Below are positions 9,545 to 18,489 of a DNA stretch of 64,000 nt, in pieces (positions within the stretch are counted from its first letter, which is position 1; every line of letters begins with the position of its first letter). Location of the stretch: NCBI GenBank assembly GCA_009772965.1, contig WPAF01000001.1:78639-142638 (forward strand), read 5' to 3'. The position numbers and the translations under genes are program-made. This DNA comes from Candidatus Saganbacteria bacterium (GTDB taxonomy: Bacteria; Margulisbacteria; WOR-1; XYC2-FULL-46-14; WPAF01). A model generated the notes under the pieces. The model was not told where the DNA came from. It ran no database searches and worked only from the letters and a program-made list of their open reading frames with translations.

Positions 9545-10477
9545 TTAAATATTGGCGTACTGGTTCCGTTTTATGATCCGGAACGCCTTAATCAGTTCCG
9601 CGATCCCTTCCTGCAGGGAAACCTGCGGCTTAAATCCCGTTCTTTCTATCTTTTCATTGCTTACGATATAATCCCTCTTATCCGGATCTTCACCTACTTC
9701 GGCTTCCACAAAATAAAAATCTGGGATCAATTTTTTTATCTCCTGGCATAATTCCAGCTTACTAAGATTTGCGTCGCTAAGCCCAACATTATACGGCTCA
9801 TTTTTCATTTTCTCAAAATTATCCAGCGAATGGATGAAAGCTCGAGCAATATCGCGCACGTGGATATAATTACGGTTAAAATGCGCTTCGAACAGCACAA
9901 TGAATCGGTCATAGAAGGCGCGGTAGGTAAAATCATTCACCAAGAGGTCAAGGCGCATCCTCGGGCTGACACCAAATGCGGTGGCAAGCCTTAATGTGAT
10001 CGCGTTGCCGGCCGCCAACAGCAAATTCTCAGCTTCTACTTTGATCTTTCCGTAAATTGAGATCGGATTCAAGGGAGTGGCTTCAGTGCAATGCTTACCT
10101 TTTTGCCCGATCCCATATCCACTGTTAGTGGTCGGATATATAATGACCTGATCTTTGCAACGCAATGACAGAATCATTTTGATGGCATCGACGATTACCG
10201 TGTGAGCCGCGATCGGATCCTTATTGCAGAGCGGGGCACCGGTAAGGCAGGCCAGCGGAAAAATGGCATCCATGTCCTTCATATGCTTCCTGACTAGCTC
10301 TTTATCCCGAGTATCACCTCTGATGATCTCAAGTTTTTTATCGTAGCAACATTCCAGCAGCGAGGTTTGGCCATACATAAAATTGTCAAGGACTGCTACT
10401 GCGTGCCCCTGTTTCAACAATTCAGGCACCATGACTGAGCCGAGATAACCGGCGCCGCCTGTAACCAATATTTTCAT
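9545..10477 (-). CDS. NAD-dependent epimerase/dehydratase family protein
   Basis: MKILVTGGAGYLGS; intact SIYGKIKVEAE (YxxxK). Confidence 0.75.
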   Translation of the reverse strand: MKILVTGGAGYLGSVMVPELLKQGHAVAVLDNFMYGQTSLLECCYDKKLEIIRGDTRDKELVRKHMKDMDAIFPLACLTGAPLCNKDPIAAHTVIVDAIKMILSLRCKDQVIIYPTTNSGYGIGQKGKHCTEATPLNPISIYGKIKVEAENLLLAAGNAITLRLATAFGVSPRMRLDLLVNDFTYRAFYDRFIVLFEAHFNRNYIHVRDIARAFIHSLDNFEKMKNEPYNVGLSDANLSKLELCQEIKKLIPDFYFVEAEVGEDPDKRDYIVSNEKIERTGFKPQVSLQEGIAELIKAFRIIKRNQYANI

Positions 10478-10707
10478 TTTTTTTCTTCCAACTCCCGTAT
10501 AACTTTCTTATAAACTTTTTTGACTTTTCCCGGAAGATTTGGATTCAATAAAATTAGAATGTTCTTGCCTAAAACCCTGTATTGTCCGCCGATCTTAGCG
10601 GCATTTAGGAAACCGCTTCTGATCAAACGCCGAAAGGTGGAATCAGAGATCTTTAAAATGGTCGTTACCTCTTGAGGGGTATAGACCTCATTTTCGTCAA
10701 CTATCAT
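10474..10707 (-). CDS. Small helix-turn-helix DNA-binding protein (excisionase/MerR-like HTH family)
   Basis: YTPQEVTTILKISDSTFRRLIRSGFLNAAKIGGQYRV resembles the excisionase-family HTH. First gene after a consensus promoter. 4-nt overlap with the next gene. Confidence 0.6.
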   Translation of the reverse strand: MIVDENEVYTPQEVTTILKISDSTFRRLIRSGFLNAAKIGGQYRVLGKNILILLNPNLPGKVKKVYKKVIRELEEKK

Positions 10708-10716
10708 AGTTGAAAA

Positions 10717-10744
10717 ATTATAGCACCTAGGCTAATTTTGTCAA
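10717..10744 (-). promoter_or_regulatory. Consensus sigma70-type promoter with extended -10 (TTGACA-N16-TGcTATAAT)
   Basis: Minus strand: -35 TTGACA at 10744-10739 and -10 TATAAT at 10722-10717, preceded by TGc. Only 9 nt separate the -10 from the ATG at 10707, and no SD is present. Confidence 0.65.
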
Positions 10745-10758
10745 GATGCAATATATCT

Positions 10759-10778
10759 TGTCAATTCTTGTCAATTCT
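10759..10778. repeat. Tandem 10-bp direct repeat TGTCAATTCT x2 (minus strand AGAATTGACA x2)
   Basis: Exact copies at 10759-10768 and 10769-10778. A third TGTCAA at 10739-10744 is the -35 element. Candidate operator for the adjacent HTH protein. Confidence 0.5.
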
Positions 10779-10854
10779 TACGGTTAAGCGTGCATGGTAG
10801 TGGGCGGATACCGACATGGAATTATGTTTGAAAATATGATAATATAGATTTTAT

Positions 10855-11820
10855 ATGAAAACATTTTTTGTATCATTAAGTCGTTTTCCCCTTAGAATTG
10901 TCTATACCATAATCGGAGTTATATTTCGTGCAGATAAACGCATAGCGGAGAGGCTACCAAGATACTTTCCAACATACCGCGCATTTGCCGGAGAGACCAT
11001 AAACCAACTTTTCAAGTGTGTTAAGTCATCAAGATCGTTCTTGCCACAGGGGATCATCCTAGAGCCAACTAATATCTGTAATCTTAGATGCGCACATTGT
11101 GTTCCTCAATCCTTGAACGAAAAAAGAGGCATGATGGAATATGATTTTTATGTATCCATTCTCGATTCCAATCCTCAACTGACCAGTATGATCTTAAGCA
11201 GAAATGGAGAACCCTTTTTGCATCCAAATATATTTGATATGATATCTTATGCGAAGAGAAAAGGAATCTACATGGCTGTGTATACAAATGGGATGTTGCT
11301 TAAGTCGGACAGGTGTAGTGACATTATCTCGTCGGGATTAGATGAGATAAATTTTTCTTTAGAGGCCGTTGGCGATGCGTACGAGAAAAACAGAGGAGTT
11401 CCTTATAGCTTTTTTTCCGAGGCTTTATCCAGTCTTTTATCTAAACGTGCTATATCCGGATCGCGCCTTAGGGTGGGATTGAATATAGCAAAAATAGGTG
11501 CATGTGAAACCGCGCTCCGAAATATCTATGAAGAATGGGCTGGCAAAGTTGACGTTATTGATGTTGAGCCGATAATGGGTGGCAAGTCATCCAGAAGGCG
11601 TCTACCTTGCAGGACATTATGGCGCAATGTGGTTGTGCGCTGGGATGGAATTGTCCTGCCGTGTTGTATCGATATGAAGAGCAGTCTGGTTATGGGAGAT
11701 GCTAAAACGGCATCCCTTAAAGAAATATTTAATAGCCCGCAGGCAAGGGCGCTGAGATTGAAGCATATAAAAGGTGAATATCCTCCTGTGTGCGAATATT
11801 GTGATAGTCTTTTTGGTTAA
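10855..11820 (+). CDS. Radical SAM enzyme with SPASM/twitch-type auxiliary-cluster domain
   Basis: CNLRCAHC (CxxxCxxC). C-terminal CRTLWRNVVVRWDGIVLPC fits Cx9-15Gx4C, followed by CC and CEYC. One of only two plus-strand genes. Confidence 0.8.
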   Translation: MKTFFVSLSRFPLRIVYTIIGVIFRADKRIAERLPRYFPTYRAFAGETINQLFKCVKSSRSFLPQGIILEPTNICNLRCAHCVPQSLNEKRGMMEYDFYVSILDSNPQLTSMILSRNGEPFLHPNIFDMISYAKRKGIYMAVYTNGMLLKSDRCSDIISSGLDEINFSLEAVGDAYEKNRGVPYSFFSEALSSLLSKRAISGSRLRVGLNIAKIGACETALRNIYEEWAGKVDVIDVEPIMGGKSSRRRLPCRTLWRNVVVRWDGIVLPCCIDMKSSLVMGDAKTASLKEIFNSPQARALRLKHIKGEYPPVCEYCDSLFG

Positions 11821-11851
11821 CAAGACAATGGTTGAATGAGAAAAAATAATT

Positions 11852-13597
11852 TCAGCCGTTTGAGAGTGCTGCTTCCATTTGTTGCAAGAAATCCTTTTTT
11901 GCTACCGGATAAGCTAATGCTTCTTTGAACCTTTTAATCGGTTCTTTCCTATCCTCAATAAAACCAGGCAAATCATTAACCACCCTATTAAAAGAATTAA
12001 TTCCGGATTTAACGTCATAAAAAACCATTCCGCATTTCACCAACTCCCGATTAATTTTTTTCCCTTCATCTGAAGAAATACAATTAAACTCATATTTCGA
12101 CTGAAACACTAGAGTTGGGACGCCAGTTTGTATTGATTCCGCAAAGCCAGTACTAATCGAATCCCACAAAACAAAATCCACTTTATCATAAAGTGACATT
12201 GGCAAAACATTAATATCGAGCACTTTAATTGAACCATCATTACAACTCTTTACAAGATCATTTTGAATTGGATCATAGCAGGAATCTGTTCCCGGGAACG
12301 GCTTATAAAGAATTTTAAGGTTATGATATAGTGTTTTAATTTCTTTGAGCAAACAAAGCATATTCAACCTGTGCTGATAAAACTTTTCGGGAGATAAAGA
12401 GTCAAGATCGCGCATAAATTCCGTAAGCGGCTGTGCAGGGTATAAAACAACAATATCTTCAGAATTATTATCTCGCCCTCTCCACTTCTTAAGCTTTAGA
12501 GAAGATAAGAGATAATACAAGAAAGGTGTGCCATAATTTATTATTTTTACATTTACGTGCGGCCTTTTGCTTTTAATCCAATCGCTATTGGCTTTGCCCC
12601 ATGTAAAGAAATAATCAATAAAACGCAATTCATTATCGGCATGCGCGAAGAAGGGCTGATAATTTACTACACCATGATCATGGCAAACAAGCAGCGCCCC
12701 TTTACGTTTGGCCAAAAAAGCGAATATCTTAAAGTTTTCATTCAAAGAATACCCCGTAAAGGAATGAACCTGTTTTATGTCCCATTGATTAAGACGGCTT
12801 TTATAATAAGCGTATTTTTCTTCGAACCCCTCAACAATTGATAAGGGCAATGCGCAATCCATAAACTCAGCATAAGCTTTTGAAACTTTCTTCGCCTGAA
12901 TTTCATCCATTGCACCGACAAACTTGTTGGCATATTTAAAAAATATATTTTCGTAACATCCCTTTATTTGGCTTCGAATGTCATAGTTTATTTCACGAGC
13001 ACTTCCCAAGAAATCGAAATGAAATAAATCACGAGAAGAGAGGGTGCTTTTCATCCAACCCGAATATTCCCCAATCACTTTAGGTTTTATCAATTTGACA
13101 TAAAAACTGTTTATGCTCGCCAATATTTTCCTAGCTTGCTTTTTCAAATTAAAACCATCTTCTCTCTTAAGCAATGATTCCTGCGGTTTCGGAAGATTTT
13201 TTATCGTTTGCATATGGAGAAATTCATTATGATTAAAAATGCATTGTATTTTATGTAAAATGGCATGGTTAATTGCATAATCATGGTAATAGCTTAAAAC
13301 AACTTCGCGGGTATTATTAAAATAATGCAGCTCATAATCGATTTTTGGATAAGCAACTCCCGACTTAGTTTCTATTTGGAAGGAAACCCTTAGCAATCTC
13401 TCAATGAACATATATGTAACAGAATTTATCGGGAAACGGAGCAGCAATAAAAGCTCCTTGGAACTAAGAGTTTTATATATTGATAATTTTTTATTATAAA
13501 TTTCAAGAATAACATCATCTGCAAGTTTGTTGGCATATTCGACCATTGTTTTCTGGTCATAAAGATCTGTCCAATCCATTCCGTTTTTTATCTCCAT
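11852..13597 (-). CDS. Hypothetical glycan-cluster protein; C-terminal half resembles capsule/GT-B-type transferases (candidate nonulosonic-acid transferase)
   Basis: 581-aa ORF. The segment DFVLWDSISTGFAESIQTGVPTLVF resembles the nucleotide-sugar-binding half of KpsS/CDP-glycerol-transferase-like folds. From memory it resembles the Leptospira LIC12162-type family. Not verifiable here. Confidence 0.35.
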   Translation of the reverse strand: MEIKNGMDWTDLYDQKTMVEYANKLADDVILEIYNKKLSIYKTLSSKELLLLLRFPINSVTYMFIERLLRVSFQIETKSGVAYPKIDYELHYFNNTREVVLSYYHDYAINHAILHKIQCIFNHNEFLHMQTIKNLPKPQESLLKREDGFNLKKQARKILASINSFYVKLIKPKVIGEYSGWMKSTLSSRDLFHFDFLGSAREINYDIRSQIKGCYENIFFKYANKFVGAMDEIQAKKVSKAYAEFMDCALPLSIVEGFEEKYAYYKSRLNQWDIKQVHSFTGYSLNENFKIFAFLAKRKGALLVCHDHGVVNYQPFFAHADNELRFIDYFFTWGKANSDWIKSKRPHVNVKIINYGTPFLYYLLSSLKLKKWRGRDNNSEDIVVLYPAQPLTEFMRDLDSLSPEKFYQHRLNMLCLLKEIKTLYHNLKILYKPFPGTDSCYDPIQNDLVKSCNDGSIKVLDINVLPMSLYDKVDFVLWDSISTGFAESIQTGVPTLVFQSKYEFNCISSDEGKKINRELVKCGMVFYDVKSGINSFNRVVNDLPGFIEDRKEPIKRFKEALAYPVAKKDFLQQMEAALSNG

Positions 13598-13598
13598 A

Positions 13599-14300
13599 TT
13601 AATTAACCCTTTTTAGACGTTCAAATGCTTCGGCATATTTATATTTCTGTGCCTTTCCCCTCTTTTGTGCCAGTTCTTCTACTGCTTGAGGGGAAAAGGG
13701 ATGTGGATAATCCTGCAATTCACTTTCGTATGCTTTTAAAGCCTTTAATTTAACTTCAATAAAATCTGACACATTCTCCACATATTCAGCTTTAAATGTA
13801 TTTGCTGACTTAGGCGGCAAAATATCCATATTGCCAGGGATCTCAAAACAAAAAATAGTAGCGTTTTTAACAATTTGCCTGCCAGGTCGAAACGCAGTTA
13901 GAGTCGCCTCACAAACCACCCTATGATCTTTGTTTAAATCCCCCCAATGGTGCGTATAAACAATATCGGGAGCATTTTTTTCGGTAAGTTTCTCTACTCT
14001 TTTTACTATGTCCAATAAAGGCAGCGCATCCAAACGTTGATCCGGAAGAACAAAATAGCTGCAATTTTCTTTTTTTACTCCCAACAGATTTATAGCCTTA
14101 AAGAATTCATTTTTGCGCATACCTACGGATTTTTTATCTTGTTTTTTGAGCCTATTCGGAAAATAGTGACGAGAAGTTACTCCATCGCCAAAAACAATAA
14201 TACGTACCTCATCCCCTACCTGGATATGTTTGGCGATGGTTCCACCACAACCCAAGATTTCGTCATCAGGATGAGCTACTACAACCAATACTCTTTTCAT
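13599..14300 (-). CDS. PIG-L/LmbE family N-acetyl-sugar deacetylase
   Basis: VVVAHPDDEILGCGG signature and HWGDLNKDH. Confidence 0.85.
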   Translation of the reverse strand: MKRVLVVVAHPDDEILGCGGTIAKHIQVGDEVRIIVFGDGVTSRHYFPNRLKKQDKKSVGMRKNEFFKAINLLGVKKENCSYFVLPDQRLDALPLLDIVKRVEKLTEKNAPDIVYTHHWGDLNKDHRVVCEATLTAFRPGRQIVKNATIFCFEIPGNMDILPPKSANTFKAEYVENVSDFIEVKLKALKAYESELQDYPHPFSPQAVEELAQKRGKAQKYKYAEAFERLKRVN

Positions 14301-14301
14301 A

Positions 14302-15537
14302 TTATTTTCTCACGCTTTTATTGCCTTTGATATAATTCACTTTTGGCCTCATATTAATTACATCTGCGTCAATTTTCATATCCTTTAACTGATCCACTAT
14401 TTCTTTGTCATACATAGAAGCGACAATTATCAGATCTACAGGATCAGAAATCAATTGCTCGGGAGGATAAACCTTTAAATTATTATTAACAAAACACATA
14501 TCCCATTTTCTTTGATCAATATCTACAATATAGGAAATACGAGTAGCATCCAACCCATAAATCGGGAATAAATACCCGCCGAACCCACCCGCTCCCCAAA
14601 TGGCGATCTTTTTATCCTTTTTTATAAAAGGGTCAGTATGCTTTTTGAATTTTTTATGATTTCTCCCATATTCAAGAACAAAATTCTTTCCCAATCTATT
14701 TCCCGTATCTATTTTCACATCATGCGCTTTGCCCGTTTCAGCCGCAATAATAATCAGATTTTCGGGGGTCTTTTTATATTCAATCAATTTCAAACCGGAT
14801 CTTCTCAAAACCTCACAAACAGAAGAGATCGAAAACCCGTGAATATGTTGAAAATTAAATGATTCAAAAGAACCATTTTCTAAAAAATATTCAATATTCG
14901 GTGTCTCAAAAACGACCAGCCCTTTCTTTGTTAATACTTTTTTGACGTCCTTCAACAATTCAACAGGATATTCAACATGCTCAATAAAATGCCTAAAAAT
15001 TACAACGTCGAAATATGAATTATGGGCAATAAAATCCTGGCTTTTAAAATATCGCTTATACACTTTTATGCCGATTTCTTTTGCGATATCCGCCCCTTTG
15101 CTTGGATCACAGCCGCATACAAGAAAGTCTCTTTTAGATAGTTCCCTTAAAACATATCCGTCATAACAAGCAATTTCCAAAATATTTTTTAATTTGCCCT
15201 CAGCACAGATGGGGCTAACACTTTTATTAAACATGTCCAAGAACATATTTTCCCTTTTTTGGATAAACCCAGAAATAACGGCCGATGGATAATTATAAAA
15301 CTCGCTATAAATTGAATCCATTAACTTATCATTCGGCTTCATTGATTGAAACACATGGCCGCAATTAGTGCATTTTTTTACTTTTAAAGGCGCGTTAAGT
15401 TCCTTGATAGAATACCGTCTTAATATTTCTATTTTTTCTTCTTTTGAAACAGCAAAACCGATATAAGGGAATCGATCGGTTTGAAACAGCAAAGCTGATT
15501 TTTCGTTTTCACACACAGGGCATTTCATAAATTCCAT
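14302..15537 (-). CDS. SAM-dependent sugar C-methyltransferase type (Zn-ribbon + class I MTase + C-terminal domain)
   Basis: N-terminal CPVCEN...CTNCGH zinc ribbon, ILEIACYDGYVL MTase motif I, and C-terminal Rossmann-like IAIWGAGGFG, as in TylCIII-like C-methyltransferases. Confidence 0.75.
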   Translation of the reverse strand: MEFMKCPVCENEKSALLFQTDRFPYIGFAVSKEEKIEILRRYSIKELNAPLKVKKCTNCGHVFQSMKPNDKLMDSIYSEFYNYPSAVISGFIQKRENMFLDMFNKSVSPICAEGKLKNILEIACYDGYVLRELSKRDFLVCGCDPSKGADIAKEIGIKVYKRYFKSQDFIAHNSYFDVVIFRHFIEHVEYPVELLKDVKKVLTKKGLVVFETPNIEYFLENGSFESFNFQHIHGFSISSVCEVLRRSGLKLIEYKKTPENLIIIAAETGKAHDVKIDTGNRLGKNFVLEYGRNHKKFKKHTDPFIKKDKKIAIWGAGGFGGYLFPIYGLDATRISYIVDIDQRKWDMCFVNNNLKVYPPEQLISDPVDLIIVASMYDKEIVDQLKDMKIDADVINMRPKVNYIKGNKSVRK

Positions 15538-15548
15538 TTCGACTCTCC

Positions 15549-15776
15549 TTAAATTAATTTTTTCCCCAAAACATGAGCAATATCACCCAAATTATTAATT
15601 TGAAACATTTCATCAATTTCAAATTTAATAGAAAATTCTTTTTCTAAAGCCATAATTAAGCTTAAATGCCCCATTGAATCCCAAGCGGGAATATCAGCTG
15701 ACGTCCATCGCATATCTATTTTTCCATTATCAAATTTAAATGTCTCTCTAATAACTTTTTCTATACGCCTATCCAC
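15549..15776 (-). CDS. Acyl/peptidyl carrier protein
   Basis: 75 aa. The phosphopantetheine-attachment context WDSMGHLSLIMALE matches the DSxxxL motif. Confidence 0.75.
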   Translation of the reverse strand: MDRRIEKVIRETFKFDNGKIDMRWTSADIPAWDSMGHLSLIMALEKEFSIKFEIDEMFQINNLGDIAHVLGKKLI

Positions 15777-15796
15777 ACGCCTTCTCCTTCCTGATA

Positions 15797-17212
15797 TTAA
15801 TCATGGTTATCCGCCCTTTCTTTTAACATGCCTAATTCCTCATAAACTTTTAATCGAAAATCAATAATATCTTGTTTCTCTAATTTATACGGTTTAATGA
15901 AAGGCGTGTCGTTGGCATAATAAAAAGAGCCCGTATTATGCAAATTTGCCTGGTCAATTATCAATAAATTATTGGCGACGCATTCATCGTAAAGCTTTGT
16001 CCCTGGGAAAGGGGTGGCAAAACTAATAACCGCACGTTTCAGCTCTAATTGTTTTATCAATTCATAGGTTTCCTGCAATGTTTCGTGTGTTTCATTGGGA
16101 AATCCAACTATAAAAAATACGTTATAAGCCAATTTCGGATATTTTTTTATATTATTAAAGGCAGCAATTATATTCTCCTGCGTTAACCTTTTATTTATTG
16201 ACATCCTAATTTCCGGCGAACCGCTTTCAACCGCCAAACACGTCCTAACAAGCCCGGCATTTATAAGCGCTTCAATTACTTCTTCATCAATAGTATTAAG
16301 ATCAAGCCCATTTGGAGTGTCAAATTGAATATTTAGACCTTTACTAATAATTAAATTACACATTTCAATGGTTCGATTTTTATTTAATGTTAGATTGTCA
16401 TCCATAAAAGAAAAATAATGATGGTTTAGATGAAAATACAAATATTCCAACTCGTCAACCACATTAGAAGCTGAACGCATCCGATGCTTTCGTCCGTGTG
16501 CCAGGAACATGCTACAATAAGTACATTGTCGAGGACAACTTCGGCTGGAAAGGACGTAAAGGCTAAGATTGATCGGCAGCTTTCTAGGGTTGATCCATTT
16601 TGAAGTATTAAAATAATAATCTTTAATATTAACCAAGCTATAATCAGGGAAAGGGATGCCATCTATATCTTCAATGTATTTTTCTTTCTTATTTACCGAT
16701 ACCTCCCCATTGATCCGATAGGCCAGCCCATCTATACGGTTAAAACCGTTTATCTTATTTTCGATTGCATTGACCAATTCGATCAGGCTTGATTCGCTTT
16801 CCCCCTGCAAGATAAAATCGACACAGTCATATTCAGCAAGGATTTGCCGCGAAAATATAGTGGGATGAATCCCCCCAAAAACTATCGGAATAAGCGGATA
16901 GTCCACTTTTATTGATTTACCAATTGCGATCGCCGGGGAAAAACGGACAGAACAATGGATCGAGATACCGATTAAATCCGGCTTAAAATCCGAAATAATT
17001 TTTTGCATCTTTGATTTATAGTATTCCTCAAAATTAAATTTCGTTTTTTCAGATACAGCCGTGATTTGATCATTGCTGACATCAATAAATAAGACCTCAT
17101 GGCCATTTTTTTTCAAAGAAGATGAAAGATATAATATTCCCAAGGGAATATGCCTTTCTTCTGAGAAGATAAAATCGGGATTGTGAGGATTTATTAAAAG
17201 GATCTTAGCCAA
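15797..17212 (-). CDS. Cobalamin(B12)-binding-domain radical SAM enzyme (class B)
   Basis: N-terminal KILLINPHNP...PLGILYLSSSLKKNGHEVLFID B12-binding region and CPRQCTYC cluster motif. Confidence 0.85.
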   Translation of the reverse strand: MAKILLINPHNPDFIFSEERHIPLGILYLSSSLKKNGHEVLFIDVSNDQITAVSEKTKFNFEEYYKSKMQKIISDFKPDLIGISIHCSVRFSPAIAIGKSIKVDYPLIPIVFGGIHPTIFSRQILAEYDCVDFILQGESESSLIELVNAIENKINGFNRIDGLAYRINGEVSVNKKEKYIEDIDGIPFPDYSLVNIKDYYFNTSKWINPRKLPINLSLYVLSSRSCPRQCTYCSMFLAHGRKHRMRSASNVVDELEYLYFHLNHHYFSFMDDNLTLNKNRTIEMCNLIISKGLNIQFDTPNGLDLNTIDEEVIEALINAGLVRTCLAVESGSPEIRMSINKRLTQENIIAAFNNIKKYPKLAYNVFFIVGFPNETHETLQETYELIKQLELKRAVISFATPFPGTKLYDECVANNLLIIDQANLHNTGSFYYANDTPFIKPYKLEKQDIIDFRLKVYEELGMLKERADNHD

Positions 17213-18464
17213 CTTTTTTCTCCATTCTACCCTCCAATTTTGCTCTCATTTTGGGCAATACTGTGCCATATATCATAAGGGTTTCTTCGATAACTCTATC
17301 TGTATGCGCATAAGAAATCATATGCCATCCCGCGCTTAATATGCCATGTGCAGCAACTAGCTCAATCCAATACAAAAGGTCATCAGTGGGATCATAATTC
17401 AAATTATTTTTGTCAATAAAATTAATACCGAACCTGCAATCAAATCCTAATATTTCCATTCTGTCAGACAGATTGTATTTAACAATTAAACTTTTGATCC
17501 CTTCTCTAAGTTTCGCTCCTGATCTGGCTAACTGAGCAGGAACATCTGCTTGATCATAAAATGCAAGCACTGCTTTGGCGGCTGCCAGAGACAAAGTCTC
17601 TCCAGCATTAGTTAACGAAAAATAAACATCATTAAATTTAGACATAATTCCAGCCTTTCCTACTATAGCTGACAAAGGCATGCCATTGGCGATTGCCTTA
17701 CTAAAACACGATAAATCCGGGACAATATTAAACAATGCTTGCGCTCCACCCTTATGGAAGCGGAATCCTGTTACTACTTCATCAAAAATTAATACAACAT
17801 TATTATTTGTGGCTATTTCCCTTACTTTTTCAAGAAAATTATCCCTGGGCCATTCTTTAGCAGGAATTGGCTCCAAGATAATACAAGCAATATTATCTTT
17901 ATAATCTTTCAATAATTTCATCAGAAAATTAATATCATTAAAAACAAAACGATGCGATAATTCTCCTATGCATTTCGGTATGCCTCCATTTTTTGAAGTT
18001 TGACAAACATACCAATCCTGCCAGCCATGATAGCCGCAAAACAATATATGGTCTCTCCCAGTATAATAACGGGCCAGCCTCACCGCAGCAGAGGTAGCAT
18101 CATTGCCATTTTTACCAAATTTCACTTTTTCCGCGCTGGGAATTCTTTCAATTAACATCTCGGCAACCTGAATTTCTAATGGTGTTGGCAGAGAAAAAGA
18201 GATGCCTTTTTTTAATTGCTCGCTAATTGCCTTATTAACCACAGGATGATTATGCCCGAGAGTCATAGTCCCCAATCCAATAATATAATCAATATACTTA
18301 TTACCATCTACGTCCCAAGTATAGGCGCCATCACCTCTTACCAAACAAAAAGGCGTTCTGCCATTCCCAAACAATTGAACCTTGTTAAATGTTGAAGCGC
18401 TGGCTAAGGATTCCTGACTTCTTGCTAAATATTCATTACTGCTGGCCAAATTAGTATTCCCCAT
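17205..18464 (-). CDS. Class-III PLP aminotransferase (glutamate-1-semialdehyde 2,1-aminomutase-like)
   Basis: FDEVVTGFRF, the FSKAIANG Lys region, and GYHGWQDW. Confidence 0.85.
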   Translation of the reverse strand: MGNTNLASSNEYLARSQESLASASTFNKVQLFGNGRTPFCLVRGDGAYTWDVDGNKYIDYIIGLGTMTLGHNHPVVNKAISEQLKKGISFSLPTPLEIQVAEMLIERIPSAEKVKFGKNGNDATSAAVRLARYYTGRDHILFCGYHGWQDWYVCQTSKNGGIPKCIGELSHRFVFNDINFLMKLLKDYKDNIACIILEPIPAKEWPRDNFLEKVREIATNNNVVLIFDEVVTGFRFHKGGAQALFNIVPDLSCFSKAIANGMPLSAIVGKAGIMSKFNDVYFSLTNAGETLSLAAAKAVLAFYDQADVPAQLARSGAKLREGIKSLIVKYNLSDRMEILGFDCRFGINFIDKNNLNYDPTDDLLYWIELVAAHGILSAGWHMISYAHTDRVIEETLMIYGTVLPKMRAKLEGRMEKKVG

Positions 18465-18489
18465 TTATTATCATACCCCTTGATTTATC

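Noticed and set aside
10474-10707. The excisionase-family HTH gene, considered as evidence for a prophage, ICE or genomic-island junction.
   Set aside because: No integrase, recombinase, att-like repeats or tRNA gene is nearby. The gene is translationally coupled (4-nt overlap) to sugar-modifying SDR genes, so a local regulator role fits better.
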